Shown here: positions 32,587 through 45,248 of the stretch, piece after piece
How the letters are laid out: each line of letters opens with the position of its first letter
Numbering within the stretch: the stretch's first letter is position 1
The notes under the pieces: generated by a model
What the model saw: only the letters and a program-made list of their open reading frames with translations
What the model was told of the DNA's origin: nothing
The model's database searches: none
Program-made: the position numbers and the translations under genes
Origin: Minutocellus sp. GHC0000111
Taxonomy: Eukaryota
Direction: 5' to 3'
Assembly: GCA_977018835.1 (NCBI GenBank)
Contig: OZ361256.1
Coordinates: 992,001-1,056,000 of the forward strand
Length of the DNA: 64,000 bases

Positions 32587-32617
32587 GGTGGCTGAAGGTG
32601 CTACTGGCATTACCATA

Positions 32618-32806
32618 CCTTTCATGCACAGATTTTATGTCGACATTCAATTATTGAACTTTAAAATGTAGTAATTGAAGATATTCAATTAATACTAAGT
32701 AAGATAAAAGTACCTTGGTCTGTAGCCGTCCGTCCACTTAATCGTAAGTGATGACATGACTAGATCTATTGGCATGCGCCGGTACTTAACTAGTTACGTA
32801 GCTAGT
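32618..32806 (+). repeat. 189-bp direct repeat, copy 2
   Basis: Matches 31531-31719. Confidence 0.95.
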
Positions 32807-32821
32807 ACTACATGTAGATCT

Positions 32822-32983
32822 AACGGCGAGACCACCGCCGTTCGAGATTTGCTCAACACCAAGTCCAATGCCTTCCGCCTGGCAATCGATGCCGCCCTCA
32901 CCGTTCTGAGAGTGGACCAAATCATCATGAGCAAGCCTGCTGGCGGTGGGAAGATGAAGGATGCTAGGATGGGACAGGTATAA
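32822..32983 (+). pseudogene. CCT8: 3' fragment of CCT8 (inverted duplicate of 39134-39301)
   Basis: ETTAVRDLL...RMGQV* is identical in protein to the full copy; three third-position differences and a 6-bp deletion. Confidence 0.9.
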
Positions 32984-33052
32984 GATTGCTTGCTTGCGAT
33001 AAAGTAATAGTACTACAAAGGCGCCGCAATAGAAGAAATTTTCTACGTAGTA

Positions 33053-34652
33053 TCACAGCTCGGCCCTATTTCGTCGCCACTTGTTCGCTACCTTGGTACC
33101 AACGATGCCTTTGAAAGAAGCAGCCAACTTCTTGAAATTGTATTCACGTGCCGCTGGTATTTTGCTCTTCTTGCGTTTGCCTGCTCCTCCTCGGGCTTCA
33201 TCAGCTTGCTGCAGCAAGTACTCAACGATTATTTCATAAATTTCTTCGATGGTTTCCATGGTCATGAAATGCTCATCGAGTTCGCCATTATTCAAGGCCG
33301 TCCTCTCACATAAAATGTCGTAATCCTCTCGAATTTGCTCAACAACTAAATACAAAGGTAGAAATAGTTCAGCTTTCGTCGGTGTAGCTTCGTCGCCCCG
33401 GTCAAGCCTACCCAGGGCTTGGTCGATATAATTGATGTAATTCTCAATGGCATTGATTGCCAGAATATTAGCGTTCTTTCGTTGTTGACCGCTCGAAACC
33501 AGATATTCAGTACGCATTGTTACCAAATCACAAGGGCGACGAAGCATCCATCGGCCGGCCATATGCGATGCAACACCTCCTTTTCTATGGCTGCTTCCGC
33601 TTTCATCATTCATAAGAGCCTTCAAATCGGATAAGGAATTTATACCACCATTCAATGTCACTCTCATACCAGGAAAGTCATTCGCTACCCTCTCCACAGC
33701 AATGTAGTCCAATTTCGGCACTATACGATTCTTGACAGGGCTCAGACCAGATAATACGGCGGGACGTGCGTGAAGAATTACATGATCCGCCCCACCTTTT
33801 TGAATATTTGTTATATAATGCTTCAATGATGCGTATTGCCTTTCGTCCAAGGTCCATGCTGTCGATGGTGGTGTGTTTTGATCATCATCGATGCTTGCAC
33901 GCGCACAGCAAACTAGATCTTCAGGCGTGTCGACTGCTGCAATTCTCGTCTTGACGCTAACTTCAACACCACAGTCCATTCCCCACACCATTTGTACAGC
34001 TTCATTCACAGATGCTACTAGTTTCCCAGTAAGCTCCGGTTTGCGCATGAGACTGGCCCCATACGTTGCTGCCCCTCCAGCTTCAATCGATGGACAGCCA
34101 CAATTGAGGTTGATTCCGCAAAAGTCATTGGGCGTGTAGCCATATTCTGCGGCACGATAGATGCACTGCTTCACCAAGCCTGGATCAGATCCACCTAATT
34201 GCAGCATGCAGGAATCGGGTGATTTGCCCTTGCCGCCATTGGGAGACCCAAACCGCTTCTCCCATCCATTCTGGTTGGTACCAAGCATGTCCTCACATTT
34301 CTCCATTTCTGTCCAGAGCACACTCGTCGAGCGCTCGTCATCGTCTTCCTCCGGATCTCGGGACAGGAAATGAAACATCTTTCGAAGTGGGTAGGAGGAA
34401 TATCCCTGCATCGGCGCAACGTGGAACTGCCATGGTCTATCCTCATCATTTGTTAATGCTGAGTGTCTCAGAGGTGGCGGCGGCGGCGTCAGAAGTTGAT
34501 GATAGCAATTGTAGCGACGGACGTGAAATGTGTCGATGGGTTCGTTTCCTCGGAAAGGCATGATGAGCTCCATCGAACGAAGCAGCTGGATTTGTGGGAA
34601 ATGGTGTTACATGTAGGAAGGGAATGGCAAGAGCAAAGGCGTTGGCAACCAT
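33053..34652 (-). CDS. DUS: tRNA-dihydrouridine synthase (DusA-like); probable 1-bp frameshift at 34449-34451 separating the presequence
   Basis: VAPMQG, LQLGGSD, INLNCGCP, GASLM, VSVKTRI, ILHAR, LNGGI. The upstream frame MVANAFALAIPFL...ETLSIN joins NDEDRPW if one base is removed. Confidence 0.85.
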
Positions 34653-34997
34653 CGTTGTTGGAGCTGTTGTTGGCTGGTTGGCTGGGCACTCATCTGCGAT
34701 CTCAGCAAGTGCTGTGGCGTGGCGGTTAAATTATGATCAGTCCGTCCGTCGACTGCTGCTGCTGCTGCCGCTGCTGCGCTGCGGCTCATGTCTTTATTAT
34801 TAGCCCATGCTGCGGCTGCGCTGCTGCAGCATGCCAGCAGATACATGTACCTTACCGTAGGTACAATCTGTATGTGCATCGCCGAGGTCCTGGCTCGCCA
34901 AGATCTGCTAACTTTAGACACACTCTTATGCGATACCCTCCGATTGATTTGAATATTTTAATTCCATTTACATTTCAAGACTTTCTTTTTGTTCAAA

Positions 34998-36646
34998 TTA
35001 AATATTCAAAGCCAACAGTCCAAATGCCAGCAACGCACCGGCCACGCAAGTTCTACTAGATCTGTTGATGCAAGCGGCAGAAGACTGCCCATCGCCCATG
35101 TCATTTTCTGCTGATGATTTGTCCCCTCTATCTTCATCCACATCCAATTCGTTTCCTTCAAAGTTGGGGATTTTGTGGGAGACTTCGTAGGAGCATCGGT
35201 CGGCCGAAGAGATGTTGGTGCCCTTGTTGGCTTTTGAGTCTTTGGAATTTCATCCTCGGCTTCCAACACTGGAGGCGTTTCTGGCACAGGCGGCGGGTCA
35301 TCATATGGCCCTCCATCAGGCCGCAATGAGACGGTCATGCTGACATCGTTGCCTCCACCGCTTTGTGGCGAGCCCGCAACGAAAACTGCCTCGGAATAAC
35401 CCGTCACATCAGTAGAAGAAGCAAACGCTGCCATTCCATCTCCACGTCCAGTGTCGGTTGTGGCCAATATGTCATAGCCATCGGTCAATAGCTGCGCTCT
35501 CTGTGGATCATCGAAAGCGAAGGCGACGATGGTCACTCCCTTTTCGACGCCAAAGGCAGATGGCGCCACAGCACGGCCGTCCTTGCCGGGAGCGGATTCA
35601 CGAACCGCCGCAGAATCAACAAGAGGCTTCTTTCTATCAACGCCTTGCAATGCCGACAGAATCGCGAATGTATTCTTGCCTCCACCAATGCTCAGAGTTC
35701 CACCCTTTCCCTCATCATACCACTTGTACAGCGACATGATGTTGAGGTCAGCTTTACCCTCTGACTTCACTAGTTCCCATCCCTTGGGTGCTTCTGGCCT
35801 CTTGCTTCCTGCACTTCCACCGATGAACAAGAGAAGCATATCACCATCGGAAGCCTTTCCTGGAATGTCAATCTTCAGTACATTGCTGTCGGCCTCGGAA
35901 GCAAAGTTGGTCCCCACGATGGTAATCTTGGAATTGATCTGAATCGGCTTCTTCTGGATGAAGGGATCAGCCTCCCTCAGTGGCTCAAACTCCTTCCGAG
36001 CCGCGACGCACGTTATCTTCCCTTCCTCGGGACTGCATTCGTAGCCGGGACAGCATTTGTTCTTCTTGGCATCGACATCTCCACACTCTCTTGCCTTATC
36101 GCGCCACCCTGCACAGAGTTCTTGATCGTCGTCGGCAGTAGTCGTTGTTGGCAAGAAAGGGATACCAACGTTCGTGTTTGTATCCGTGTCGGCATCAATA
36201 CCCTCGACACACTTGAATCCATTTCCGCCTTCACACACGTATCCTGAGCAGCACCTCTTGGGCCGATCGGTGTTGGTCGCGCCACATTCAGTTGCCCTAT
36301 CTCCAAAGGCTGATTTGGGAGAGGCACATTTGTTATTCTCATTTTCATTCTTCTTCTCATTCTCATTCTCTTCGTCGTTCTTGACATTCATCGCTACTTC
36401 CAAAGATGCCTTCGCAGCATCATAATCGGTATCTTCCCTGCAGGTGACGCTGCCCTCTCCACCACATTTGTATCCGGGGCAGCAATAAGCCGGACGGTCA
36501 GGGTTGGTCGCGCCACAGGCCACGGCGCGATTTCCAGCCTTGGATTGTGGACTCGCACAGACCTCGGTGTTGCCCTCAATTGCCGCAGTGAGGATGGCTG
36601 GGAATTGGATTAGGACGATCGGCAAGAGGAGTCGCATGGCATACAT
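34998..36646 (-). CDS. Secreted, probably GPI-anchored protein with three 6-Cys repeats and a beta-rich domain; probable 1-bp frameshift at 35160-35162
   Basis: Signal peptide; C..CG......CC.GY.C.....C x3; PT-rich stalk. The shifted frame ends ...GQSSAACINRSSRTCVAGALLAFGLLALNI*, which is GPI-signal-like. Confidence 0.7.
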
Positions 36647-36862
36647 GTATCCTAAAATGTTTGGATCGTTGTTGAGTAGGGCCGGGTGGCAATAATGCCC
36701 CGCGCCATTCTCAGCCGCTTACCTAGGTACGCTTCTGCCGCCTTCTGCCTCCGATGATGGTTCTTGAAAGGGGAATTGCGTCAACGTCTTGTGCCGGCTT
36801 GCTTGCGGCTGATTCATTCCACCGCCGCCGCGCCGCGCGCCCACCACCGCCAGACCGCAAGC

Positions 36863-38738
36863 ATGTGGAACCGGATGCGGGGTCGGACGGCGCCAGCGGC
36901 GGTACCGGTAGTTGCCATCGCTGCATGTTGCGCTTCTGTTGCCCTCCTCCTTGTATTCTGGTCGTCTTCATCCCTTGCATCATCTTTACTCGATGATGCA
37001 ACCACCCACAATTCCACCATCGTCCTGCCAACAATTTGCAGCTGGACAGATCCCCAACCTTCATCCTTGTCCTACAAGCAGCGCAAGGATCTGTTCGAGC
37101 CTCATAAATATGACCTGCTGGTATGTCAAGTAGTGCCGACTCAATGTGCTCGGCAGGATGTGCTCATGAGTGCGGCATTCATGCATGCCAGCATCATGCA
37201 TGTGGGATCATCCTGGCTGTGCGTCTTGACAATGCTATGTGCTGCCATAGGAATATGGCTCTCTTTGCCACCACTATTGGTCCGTGGCGTGCGATTACAC
37301 GCATGTTTGTGCTGTCGTTGACAAATCTGAACCATCTGTCCAAGAAATGGTATCCACATCCACCAGTGCCGATTCAGATTGGTCCTCGGATGAGCCAATG
37401 AGACGACGAAATGGGAAAGAAGGTGACGTGGAACGCCAGAGTCTGCTTGGCGCAAAGAATGACAATGACCAAAATGATGAAAAGAAGAAGGGTGAAGGGA
37501 CTTCCCATCTGGAACGTTTGATGGATTATTGGACTGGTGGGCGGTGTCGGCTCCCGCCATTTGCCTACCCAGTCCCAACAATCAAGCTGTTTCTCGTCGC
37601 CCTTTTGTGGCTTGAATTGCATGATATCATGGCACCATCCCAATCTGTTCTGGCAACTCCTGAAATGGTTTGGCTCATGGCCCAAGCACCAAAGACGAAG
37701 AAATATGTACCAAATATGGCAAGGTGGCTGCTATTTCCACTTATGGGGAAAGGTCAAACAATTGGTGGCTTGGTCGTCATGCTTGGTAAAATTCGAGGGT
37801 TGGGATTGATCGCATGGCTCATGTTTTTATGTATACCAGAAGGGCGAAATTATAGTTCATGGGCAGCAACAATCTCTTACACACTTGGGGCCGCGTCCTA
37901 CTTCTTCCTCGGATCGATCGGACTGATGCACAAGCTTTCGCATTCGACTCAGGGCGGACTGCTCTTTGTTGCTGCCACTTCATTTGCCATACCAGCACTG
38001 TTTGCAATGGACACAGATCGACAAGTATCAGGTTCGGCTTGGCTCCGAAGGTTTCTCTTCCTGGGAATTCTCATCCCAATCTACCTCATGTCTGGCATCG
38101 CCAAAATTCGATACGTTGGCATACTTACCAATCTGAACGGTCGGTGGCTGTGGGAGCTGTTTGAACCGAATTCTAGAAAGTATGCCGCATGGACCTCTCT
38201 TCGAAACTTGCTGTACACCCACAAAGTTTTGCTAACTTTTATGAGCTGGGGAAATTTAGTTCTCGAGATTTTTCTCCCTTTGGCATTGATATTGAAACTG
38301 GAATCGGCAGTGTTGAGGATGTCGTTTCATTGCATTGCGCTGGCCTTTCACATAAGCATATTCTTTTTGGTCGGTCCGAATTTCGGTAGATACTGTCTGC
38401 TTCACGTTTTGGCCTTCGATCCCATTGGATGGTTTCGAATTCGAGCAGGAGCGACAGAAATAGGACGAAGTGTCACTTTAAGATCGCCGAGTAGATCCAA
38501 GGGTGATTTTATTCGCGTTGGGATTGCAATGCTCTTTTTGTTTGGTTGGTTTCGAGTCCAACTGCTTTCAGACATTGAACATCTTCTTGGACGTGTCGAA
38601 CATAAAAAGAAGCGAGATCCCTACTTTCCATTCTCAGAATTTTCAATGTTTGCATCTGTGGTCGACCCGAACTACATCGCCTCGTTCTTGCTTATACTAT
38701 TATCTATGGCGGTGTATTACAGATGCTTCTCTGTGTAG
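36863..38738 (+). CDS. HTTM-like multi-pass membrane protein; probable 1-bp frameshift at 37318-37319
   Basis: IYLMSGIAK, LVLEIFLP, FHISIFF resemble the HTTM domain. The upstream signal-anchored frame from ATG 36863 joins CCR|DKSEPS after removing one T. Confidence 0.6.
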
Positions 38739-38834
38739 AAGTAATATTGAGGGAGGCTTCATACTACGTAGTATTTGCACGCATCTGTGTAAACTACGTG
38801 CCTTCCGACGATAGCGATAAATAGAATAGGCAGA

Positions 38835-39053
38835 CATTTCATGTCAATAGAAACTATGGAAGAGATGTATGAAATAATTGTTCAATACTTGCTGCAGCAA
38901 GCTGATGAAGCCCGAGGAGGAGCAGGCAAACGCAAGAAGAGCAAAATACCAGCGGCACATGAATACAATTTCAAGAAGTTGGCTGCTTCTTTCAAAGGCA
39001 TCGTTGGTGCCAAGGTTGCGAACAAGTGGCGACGGAATAGGGCGGAGCTGTGA
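38835..39053 (+). pseudogene. DUS: 3' fragment of the Dus gene (inverted duplicate of 33053-33271)
   Basis: YLLQQADEARGG...KWRRNRAEL*; about 15 nucleotide differences from the full copy. Confidence 0.9.
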
Positions 39054-39133
39054 TACTACGTAAAAAAATCTTCTATCGCGGCGCCTTTGTAGTACTATTA
39101 CTTTACATGTATGGCGCAAGCAAGCAAGCAATC

Positions 39134-40795
39134 TTACACCTGTCCCATCCTAGCATCCTTCATCTTCCCACCGCCAGCAGGCTTGCTCATGATGATTTGG
39201 TCCACTCTCAGAACAGTGAGGGCGGCATCGATTGCCAGACGGAAGGCATTGGACTTGGTGTTGAGCAAATCTCGAACGGCGGTGGTCTCGTCGACGCCGT
39301 TCCGTCCAGTTCCCGCCGCCTCAATGTCGACGCCAGCCATAGCGTTGCCGTTGGCGTGCGCAGCACCCAATGCCGCCAGGACAGCGCTTCCGTCCAATCC
39401 AGCATTCTCGGCCAGAGTCCGCGGGACGACCTCCAGCGCCCGGGCAAAGGCACGGACAGCGTACTGGTCGAGGCCGGGGCAGGTATCGGCAAAGTTCTTG
39501 ATCTTGACGCTCAAGTCCATCTCGGCGGCACCGGCACCGGGGACCAAACGTCCATCACGGCAGGCCATCTTGGCGGCGTGGACACCGTCGTCGATGGCAC
39601 GCTCCAAATCGGCGAGCGTCGAGCTGGTCGACGCACGAAGGAGGATGGTGGACAGGCGGCATCCCCCCTCGCCCCCGGCCTCGTTCTGGCTGAAGATGGT
39701 CACCTTTCGTCCGCCGACCTCCTCGACCTTGACGGAATCGCAGTGTCCCATCTCGTCGGGGGTGGCAGGTCCGAGCCGGACCAGGGCCGTCGAACCGGTG
39801 GCCGTGCACAACCTCCGAAGATCAAACTTGGACGGACAGCGGAGGCACATGAGGCCGTACCGCTCGATGAAGTGGAGGGCCATCTCGCTGACGCTGCCGC
39901 CGCTGACGACGACCTTGCAGCCGGTGTCGGCGATGGACTTGATGATCTCCTCCATCTTCTTCTCCTCGGATTTGTTGTAACCCTTGAGGTCGTCGGCGGA
40001 CTTCATCAGGACGGTGCCCTTGGCCTCGGTACCGCTGGCCTCGATGCCGCACCCAAAGATGGTGATCTTGGCGTCCGTGGCGGAGGTGACGGTCGACTCG
40101 CTGCCCCGGAGGGCGACGAAGCCCCGGATGACGCGCGATTCGGCCACGTTGCTGCCCAGGATCTTGGACACCCGCACCGAGTCGGGATTGACCGAGGGAG
40201 CGCTGGACTTGGACCCCATGGTCCTGAGGCAGGCATCGACGACGAGGGGGGCCAGCACGTCCTCGCTGCCGTACTGCTTGGCGCTCAGGACCGGGCCGAC
40301 GACGCGGACGAGGCTGTCCCTGTCGCGCGCGTCGTCGATGGCCTCGACGGCCAGCTCGGGGAGGAGCTCGAGCAGCTTCTCCCCGGCCTTCTTGTACCCC
40401 TCGACGATCTCACTGGCGTGCAGGCCCATCCGCAGCAGATCCTCCGTCTGGCCGAGGAGCTCCCCGGCGAAGCTGACGGTGAGGTTGGTCCCGTCCCCGC
40501 ACTCCTTGTCCTGCGCGTCGCTGGCCATGCTGAGCATCTTGGCGGCGGGATGCTCGATCTCCAGCTCCCGCACGATGGCGGCGCAGTCGGACGTAACAAT
40601 GATCTTCTCGAGGTGGTTGACGACCAGCTTGTTCATGCCGTTGGGTCCCAGGGACGTCGAGACGATGCGGCTCAGATCTCGCGCGGCCTCGACGTTCCGG
40701 ACGATGGTGGCGTCGGGACCCGACAGGTGCTTGTGGCCCGATTTGAGCATCCCCGAGAGGCCGGCGGCCGCGTTGAGGTTCATCGATTGGGCCAT
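39134..40795 (-). CDS. CCT8: Chaperonin CCT subunit theta
   Basis: TSLGPNGMNKLVVNHLEK, GDGTN, AKQYG, TEAKGTVL, SKFDLRR, VDQIIMSKPAGG. Confidence 0.95.
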   Translation of the reverse strand: MAQSMNLNAAAGLSGMLKSGHKHLSGPDATIVRNVEAARDLSRIVSTSLGPNGMNKLVVNHLEKIIVTSDCAAIVRELEIEHPAAKMLSMASDAQDKECGDGTNLTVSFAGELLGQTEDLLRMGLHASEIVEGYKKAGEKLLELLPELAVEAIDDARDRDSLVRVVGPVLSAKQYGSEDVLAPLVVDACLRTMGSKSSAPSVNPDSVRVSKILGSNVAESRVIRGFVALRGSESTVTSATDAKITIFGCGIEASGTEAKGTVLMKSADDLKGYNKSEEKKMEEIIKSIADTGCKVVVSGGSVSEMALHFIERYGLMCLRCPSKFDLRRLCTATGSTALVRLGPATPDEMGHCDSVKVEEVGGRKVTIFSQNEAGGEGGCRLSTILLRASTSSTLADLERAIDDGVHAAKMACRDGRLVPGAGAAEMDLSVKIKNFADTCPGLDQYAVRAFARALEVVPRTLAENAGLDGSAVLAALGAAHANGNAMAGVDIEAAGTGRNGVDETTAVRDLLNTKSNAFRLAIDAALTVLRVDQIIMSKPAGGGKMKDARMGQV

Positions 40796-41228
40796 GGTGC
40801 GTGCGGTTGCGTGGTGATGATTTTTATTTATTTGAATTGAGGTGCGGCGCGGGAAATGGGGCAGGAATTCCAGCAAAAACTACCAAATAAAGCACGAGGT
40901 CGGTAACTAAGACTACAACGTTTGCAATGCAGTATCTGGGAACAATGTGGCGATAGGCAGGCAGTCACCGCGGTTGGTATTATAATGCAATGGTGGTACT
41001 AGCTAGAGTACCGGCCGCCGAAATTTTTGAAAGTGTGAGGCGAACTGCAGGCTGCAGGCACGTGCAGACGGCCAGACGAAAAATGAAAATGAAAAAAGAG
41101 AGCGAAAGAGAAAACAGCACAAACAGCACAAAACTGCAACCATAACGTCCATCACCACCAAGACGAAGCAGAAGGGCTGGCCATCCCTTCCGGCAGCAAT
41201 CCTCGGCGACGCAGCAAACTTGGGAAAC

Positions 41229-44200
41229 ATGACGACAATCGGCGCCTACGCGTTGAGTGTCGCCCTGATGCTAATCGTACTGATCAACACCACGAGCGCC
41301 AAATTCTCCTCCGTCGTTGCCTCCTCCAAGGTCGAGGAAGGATATCTGTTCCGGGGCGATCCCAAGGTCAAGAACGTCGTGGAGTACCACACCGACGGGG
41401 CCGGTTCGACCAACTTCGATGCCGTGGCGGACGTCGATCGAGTTTTGGAATTTTACGATCCTCATTGCGGGTGAGTTGTGTTCGGTTCGTGCGCACAACT
41501 TATTGTTGTGTGTGGTTCGCCAATAATGCATCTTTCCGATCGATCGCATAAGTATTTATTATTTTGGCGGTTGCATAGATACTGCCAATTGCACTTGCTT
41601 GATGTTGTTGAATATGATCCAAATGTGCTACAAGCTATGATCCTATGGATAATGCGATTGATGAGTTGTGCGGATGCGGCGCTCTCTGCAGTTTATGCAA
41701 GGATAGATCTATTATACATGGACATGCCTGGGTCCAACGTCATTTTTTGTGTGGTCGCACGGTTCCCCACGATGATAACCTTCTTTTGTTCGCAACATAC
41801 ATACTTATTCTCCATGCTACTTTTACTCATTTATCACATCCACATTCCTACCAAAACTTCACAGAGCGTGCCAACTGTTCGCCTCAACCTACGTCAAGCT
41901 GGCCGATGCAGCCGCCACCAAAAAGGCCGGCAGCAAGTCCAACCCCCTCCCGGCCAAAACTCAGTTCCACTCCGTTTCCTGCTCGCAGCATCACGATGTG
42001 TGCGAGGAGTACAAGATCACCGGCTTTCCCACGCTTTTGGTGCTGCCCAAGGGTGGAAAGACCTTTGAGGACACCGAACCGGTCAGTAAGGACATTGTTT
42101 CGGGATTGATGACTGGACCTGGTGGATACACTCTGAACAGCATTTCCAAGGCCTTGAAGAAGGCGGAGGCCAATCTGGATGATGGCGAGGAGGACGACAA
42201 GGAGCAGGCCGATGCGTCGGTTGTCAGGAGACGATTGGAAGATGAGGAAGGAACCGATGACGATGCCATGTCGGAAGATGTGGGGGGAGATAACGACGAT
42301 GTCGCTGATGAGGACTCCGACAATACCGACGACGACGATGAGGCTTCTCCGGAGGATGCCGACGAGTGGGAAAAGAACGATGGGCCAGCTCCCAAGGCTA
42401 CTAGTACTGTCGGTGGTGCCAAGCCATTGGCAAACCCTGCCTCTGCAGCCGCCGCCCGCGATTCCACCTACACCAATCGCCTCAAGGCTGCTGCCAATGC
42501 TGCTCGGGCCGCCGCGGCGGAGGATAACAGCCCCGATGTCGACGAGTCCAATGAAGAGGCAGAAGAAGAGGAGGAGCAAAAGGATGACGATGCCGTTACT
42601 GATGCCACCGACCCTAAACTGGATGATGAAGACAGCGAGGATGAGGACGAGCGACCCCTTGCGGCGGCTCAGAAACGTGCCGCTGTTGTTAGCGCGAAGA
42701 ATAAGATGGCACAAATGAAGAAGGATGTCATGGATGAGGACGATAGTCAAGAGCAAGAGGACGGGCCTGGCCCGGCCACTCCTCTTCGAGGTGGCAAGAA
42801 GACAACCACTACTTTTGGCAAAGAAGAAGAGGAGGATCGCTCTGGCGATGACGAGGATGAATCCAGGGAGGCGCCGGCCCCGGCCAAGAGAGTTGCTGCT
42901 ACTACTAGTACCGCCGGCGCTGCTGCTACCACGCCCACCACCACTGCCACAAAGACAACCTTTCAGAAGACTTCCCCGCAGGCAATCGTGGCGGCAGAAA
43001 GGGGTGCCGCGAGTGACGATGATAAAGAAGAGGAGGAAGAATCACCGGCTTCTCCCCCCGTGAAGCCGTCTCTTGAAAGCCCTACCGTACGCAAATTTGC
43101 TGCCATCAAGAAAGTGAGCGAGGACGAGGATGAAGACGAAGAAGACGACGAGTCGGAGGCAAAGGGTGATTCCAACGATGCAGAGAACACAGGTAACAAT
43201 GACGATGATGAGGCATCCGATGAGGATGATAAGGATGATGATGACAAGGATGATGATGACGAGGTGAGCAAAGATCAGAATGACGATGAGGTACCATCTG
43301 TAGATGATGAGACGACCAAGGGAGAGGATGCATTCGTTGCGGCACGTCCCCAGCCTCCGGCAGGACAGGTCCGACCGGGAGCGTCTCCTCCCTTTACCGG
43401 CGGTACTACTGGTATGGTTCCTGCCGGTGGTCCGGCCGGGGCCGCTGCTCGTGCCAAATTCCTCGCAAAGACTGGTATGCAGCCAAAGGATATTCAGCAG
43501 TACCAGCAGGTTGCAGCTCAGCGTCGTGCCAACCTCGCCCAGAGGGCGCAGAAGCGCATCCCTCCTGTTTTCCAGGGAAAGAAGGCCGCCGCCGCTAGGA
43601 AGCAGGCTGCCCAGGCCCTCCGAAAGGAAAAGCAGAGTCCGGCTGAGCGCCAGCGACTGGCACAAGAGCGGATGAAGAAGAACAAGGAGCTCCTGCAGAA
43701 GAGAATTGAGATGGCCAAAAAGATCCGTGAGCAGAAGCGATTGGCTGCCGCAAATAAGAATGCCAACGGTGCCGCTCGCGTCCCCACCACGGAGCGAGTT
43801 AGATCACAGGGCGGTCCTACTTTTAAGAAGACCACGCCTACTCGGGCAGAGCTGAAGCAAAATACCATTGGCAAGAAGCCCTCTGTTCCCAAGAAGATTC
43901 TAAGCAGCGTTCCCATTGTGAAACGTGCGTTCAAGCCCAAGCCGGAGGAAGATTTGTATGGAGATGCCGCTCTTTCCTTCGTTACCGGTCTGAAGATGGG
44001 GGTTTACACCGATGGCCGACCGCTCGATCAGAAGCGCCAGGAAGCTCTCGTCGATTGGCTCGAGCTGCTCAGTATTTCGCTCCCCCCGGAATTGGGACTG
44101 CATGCTCTCATCGACGATTTGCTGAGTAACATGAGCTACATATCGCAGGGTCGTGAGAAGCTCTACGAGCAGCTCGACAAGTATCCACTCGCCAACAAGT

Positions 44201-44982
44201 ACTGGAGTGACAGTTGCAGTAAGGGACGTAAAGGTCAGGGGCAGAATTGCGGTCTCTGGAAGCTCCTGCATATCGTCACAATCGGCTTCGCTGAACACCG
44301 TGGTGGACTCGAGCAGCAGGATGGCTCCTACGTCGATGTTCCCATGACCTCCGGTCCGACCTTCACACCCAACCAAGGCGCTGCCATCATCCGCGAGTAC
44401 ATCGCCCTCTTTTTTGGGTGCGATGTTTGCAAGAACAATTTCCTGTCGAAATATGATGACTGCGTATCCTTCGGTCGATGCGACAGAATGCCAGTTGATG
44501 CTCGCATTGACGAGGTTGAGGATGAGGATTGGAAGGAGTTGCCACTTTGGCTGTGGGAATTCCACAATCATATTGCTGCTAGAATCGTTCAGGTTAAGGC
44601 CAGACGAGATGGAGGTCGCGACGACGAGGTCATTGGAATTTGGCCGAACGCTGAGACTTGCTTCTCTTGCTACAACATTGATGGCTCGTGGAATATGGAG
44701 GAGCTGTACGCTTTCCTGGAGACGACCTACTGGTACGCATCGTCCTCCAGCGACTTCAAGCTGGACCGGGCTCTCAAGGATTTCGACAAGGCACAGAGGA
44801 TCTCGTCCTCGTCTAGCTCCAGTGGTGGTAGTGGAGGCGGCAGCTTTGCATATTTTGCCCTGATTGGCATCGTTGCATTTGGCTTCTATGCGTCCAAGCG
44901 GAAGAATGTCTGGTTGGCGGATATCCAAAAGCATACCAGCATGCCGATTGCTCGAAACGGCGCCGCTGGAAAGAAGGCGTAA
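41229..44982 (+). CDS. QSOX: Quiescin sulfhydryl oxidase (thioredoxin + Erv/ALR) with long low-complexity insert; intron 41471-41864
   Basis: Signal peptide; EFYDPHCG|AC, FHSVSC, ITGFPTL; CGLWKLLH, FFGCDVC, LWLWEFHN, WP...C..C; C-terminal TM segment. Confidence 0.85.
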
Positions 44983-45248
44983 TAAGAAACGCAATTCCCA
45001 ACATAATTTTTGCACAACCCACTTCTTAAATATAAATTAAGTTACGTTTTTAAAGTCGTTGAAAGGTTAGTAAATGGGATGCCTCAAGCTGTAGAGTGCA
45101 GATGCATCGTCTCACAAGTCGTTTCGTTTGATGCCAATCCCTCTGTACTCCTACAAGCATAGAGAACACATGCCGAAAATTCGAACCGCAGGTCCATCTC
45201 CTTCCAGAGCAGCGCATCTTGTTCTTGAGGACCCTTTGGTTATTGGGA

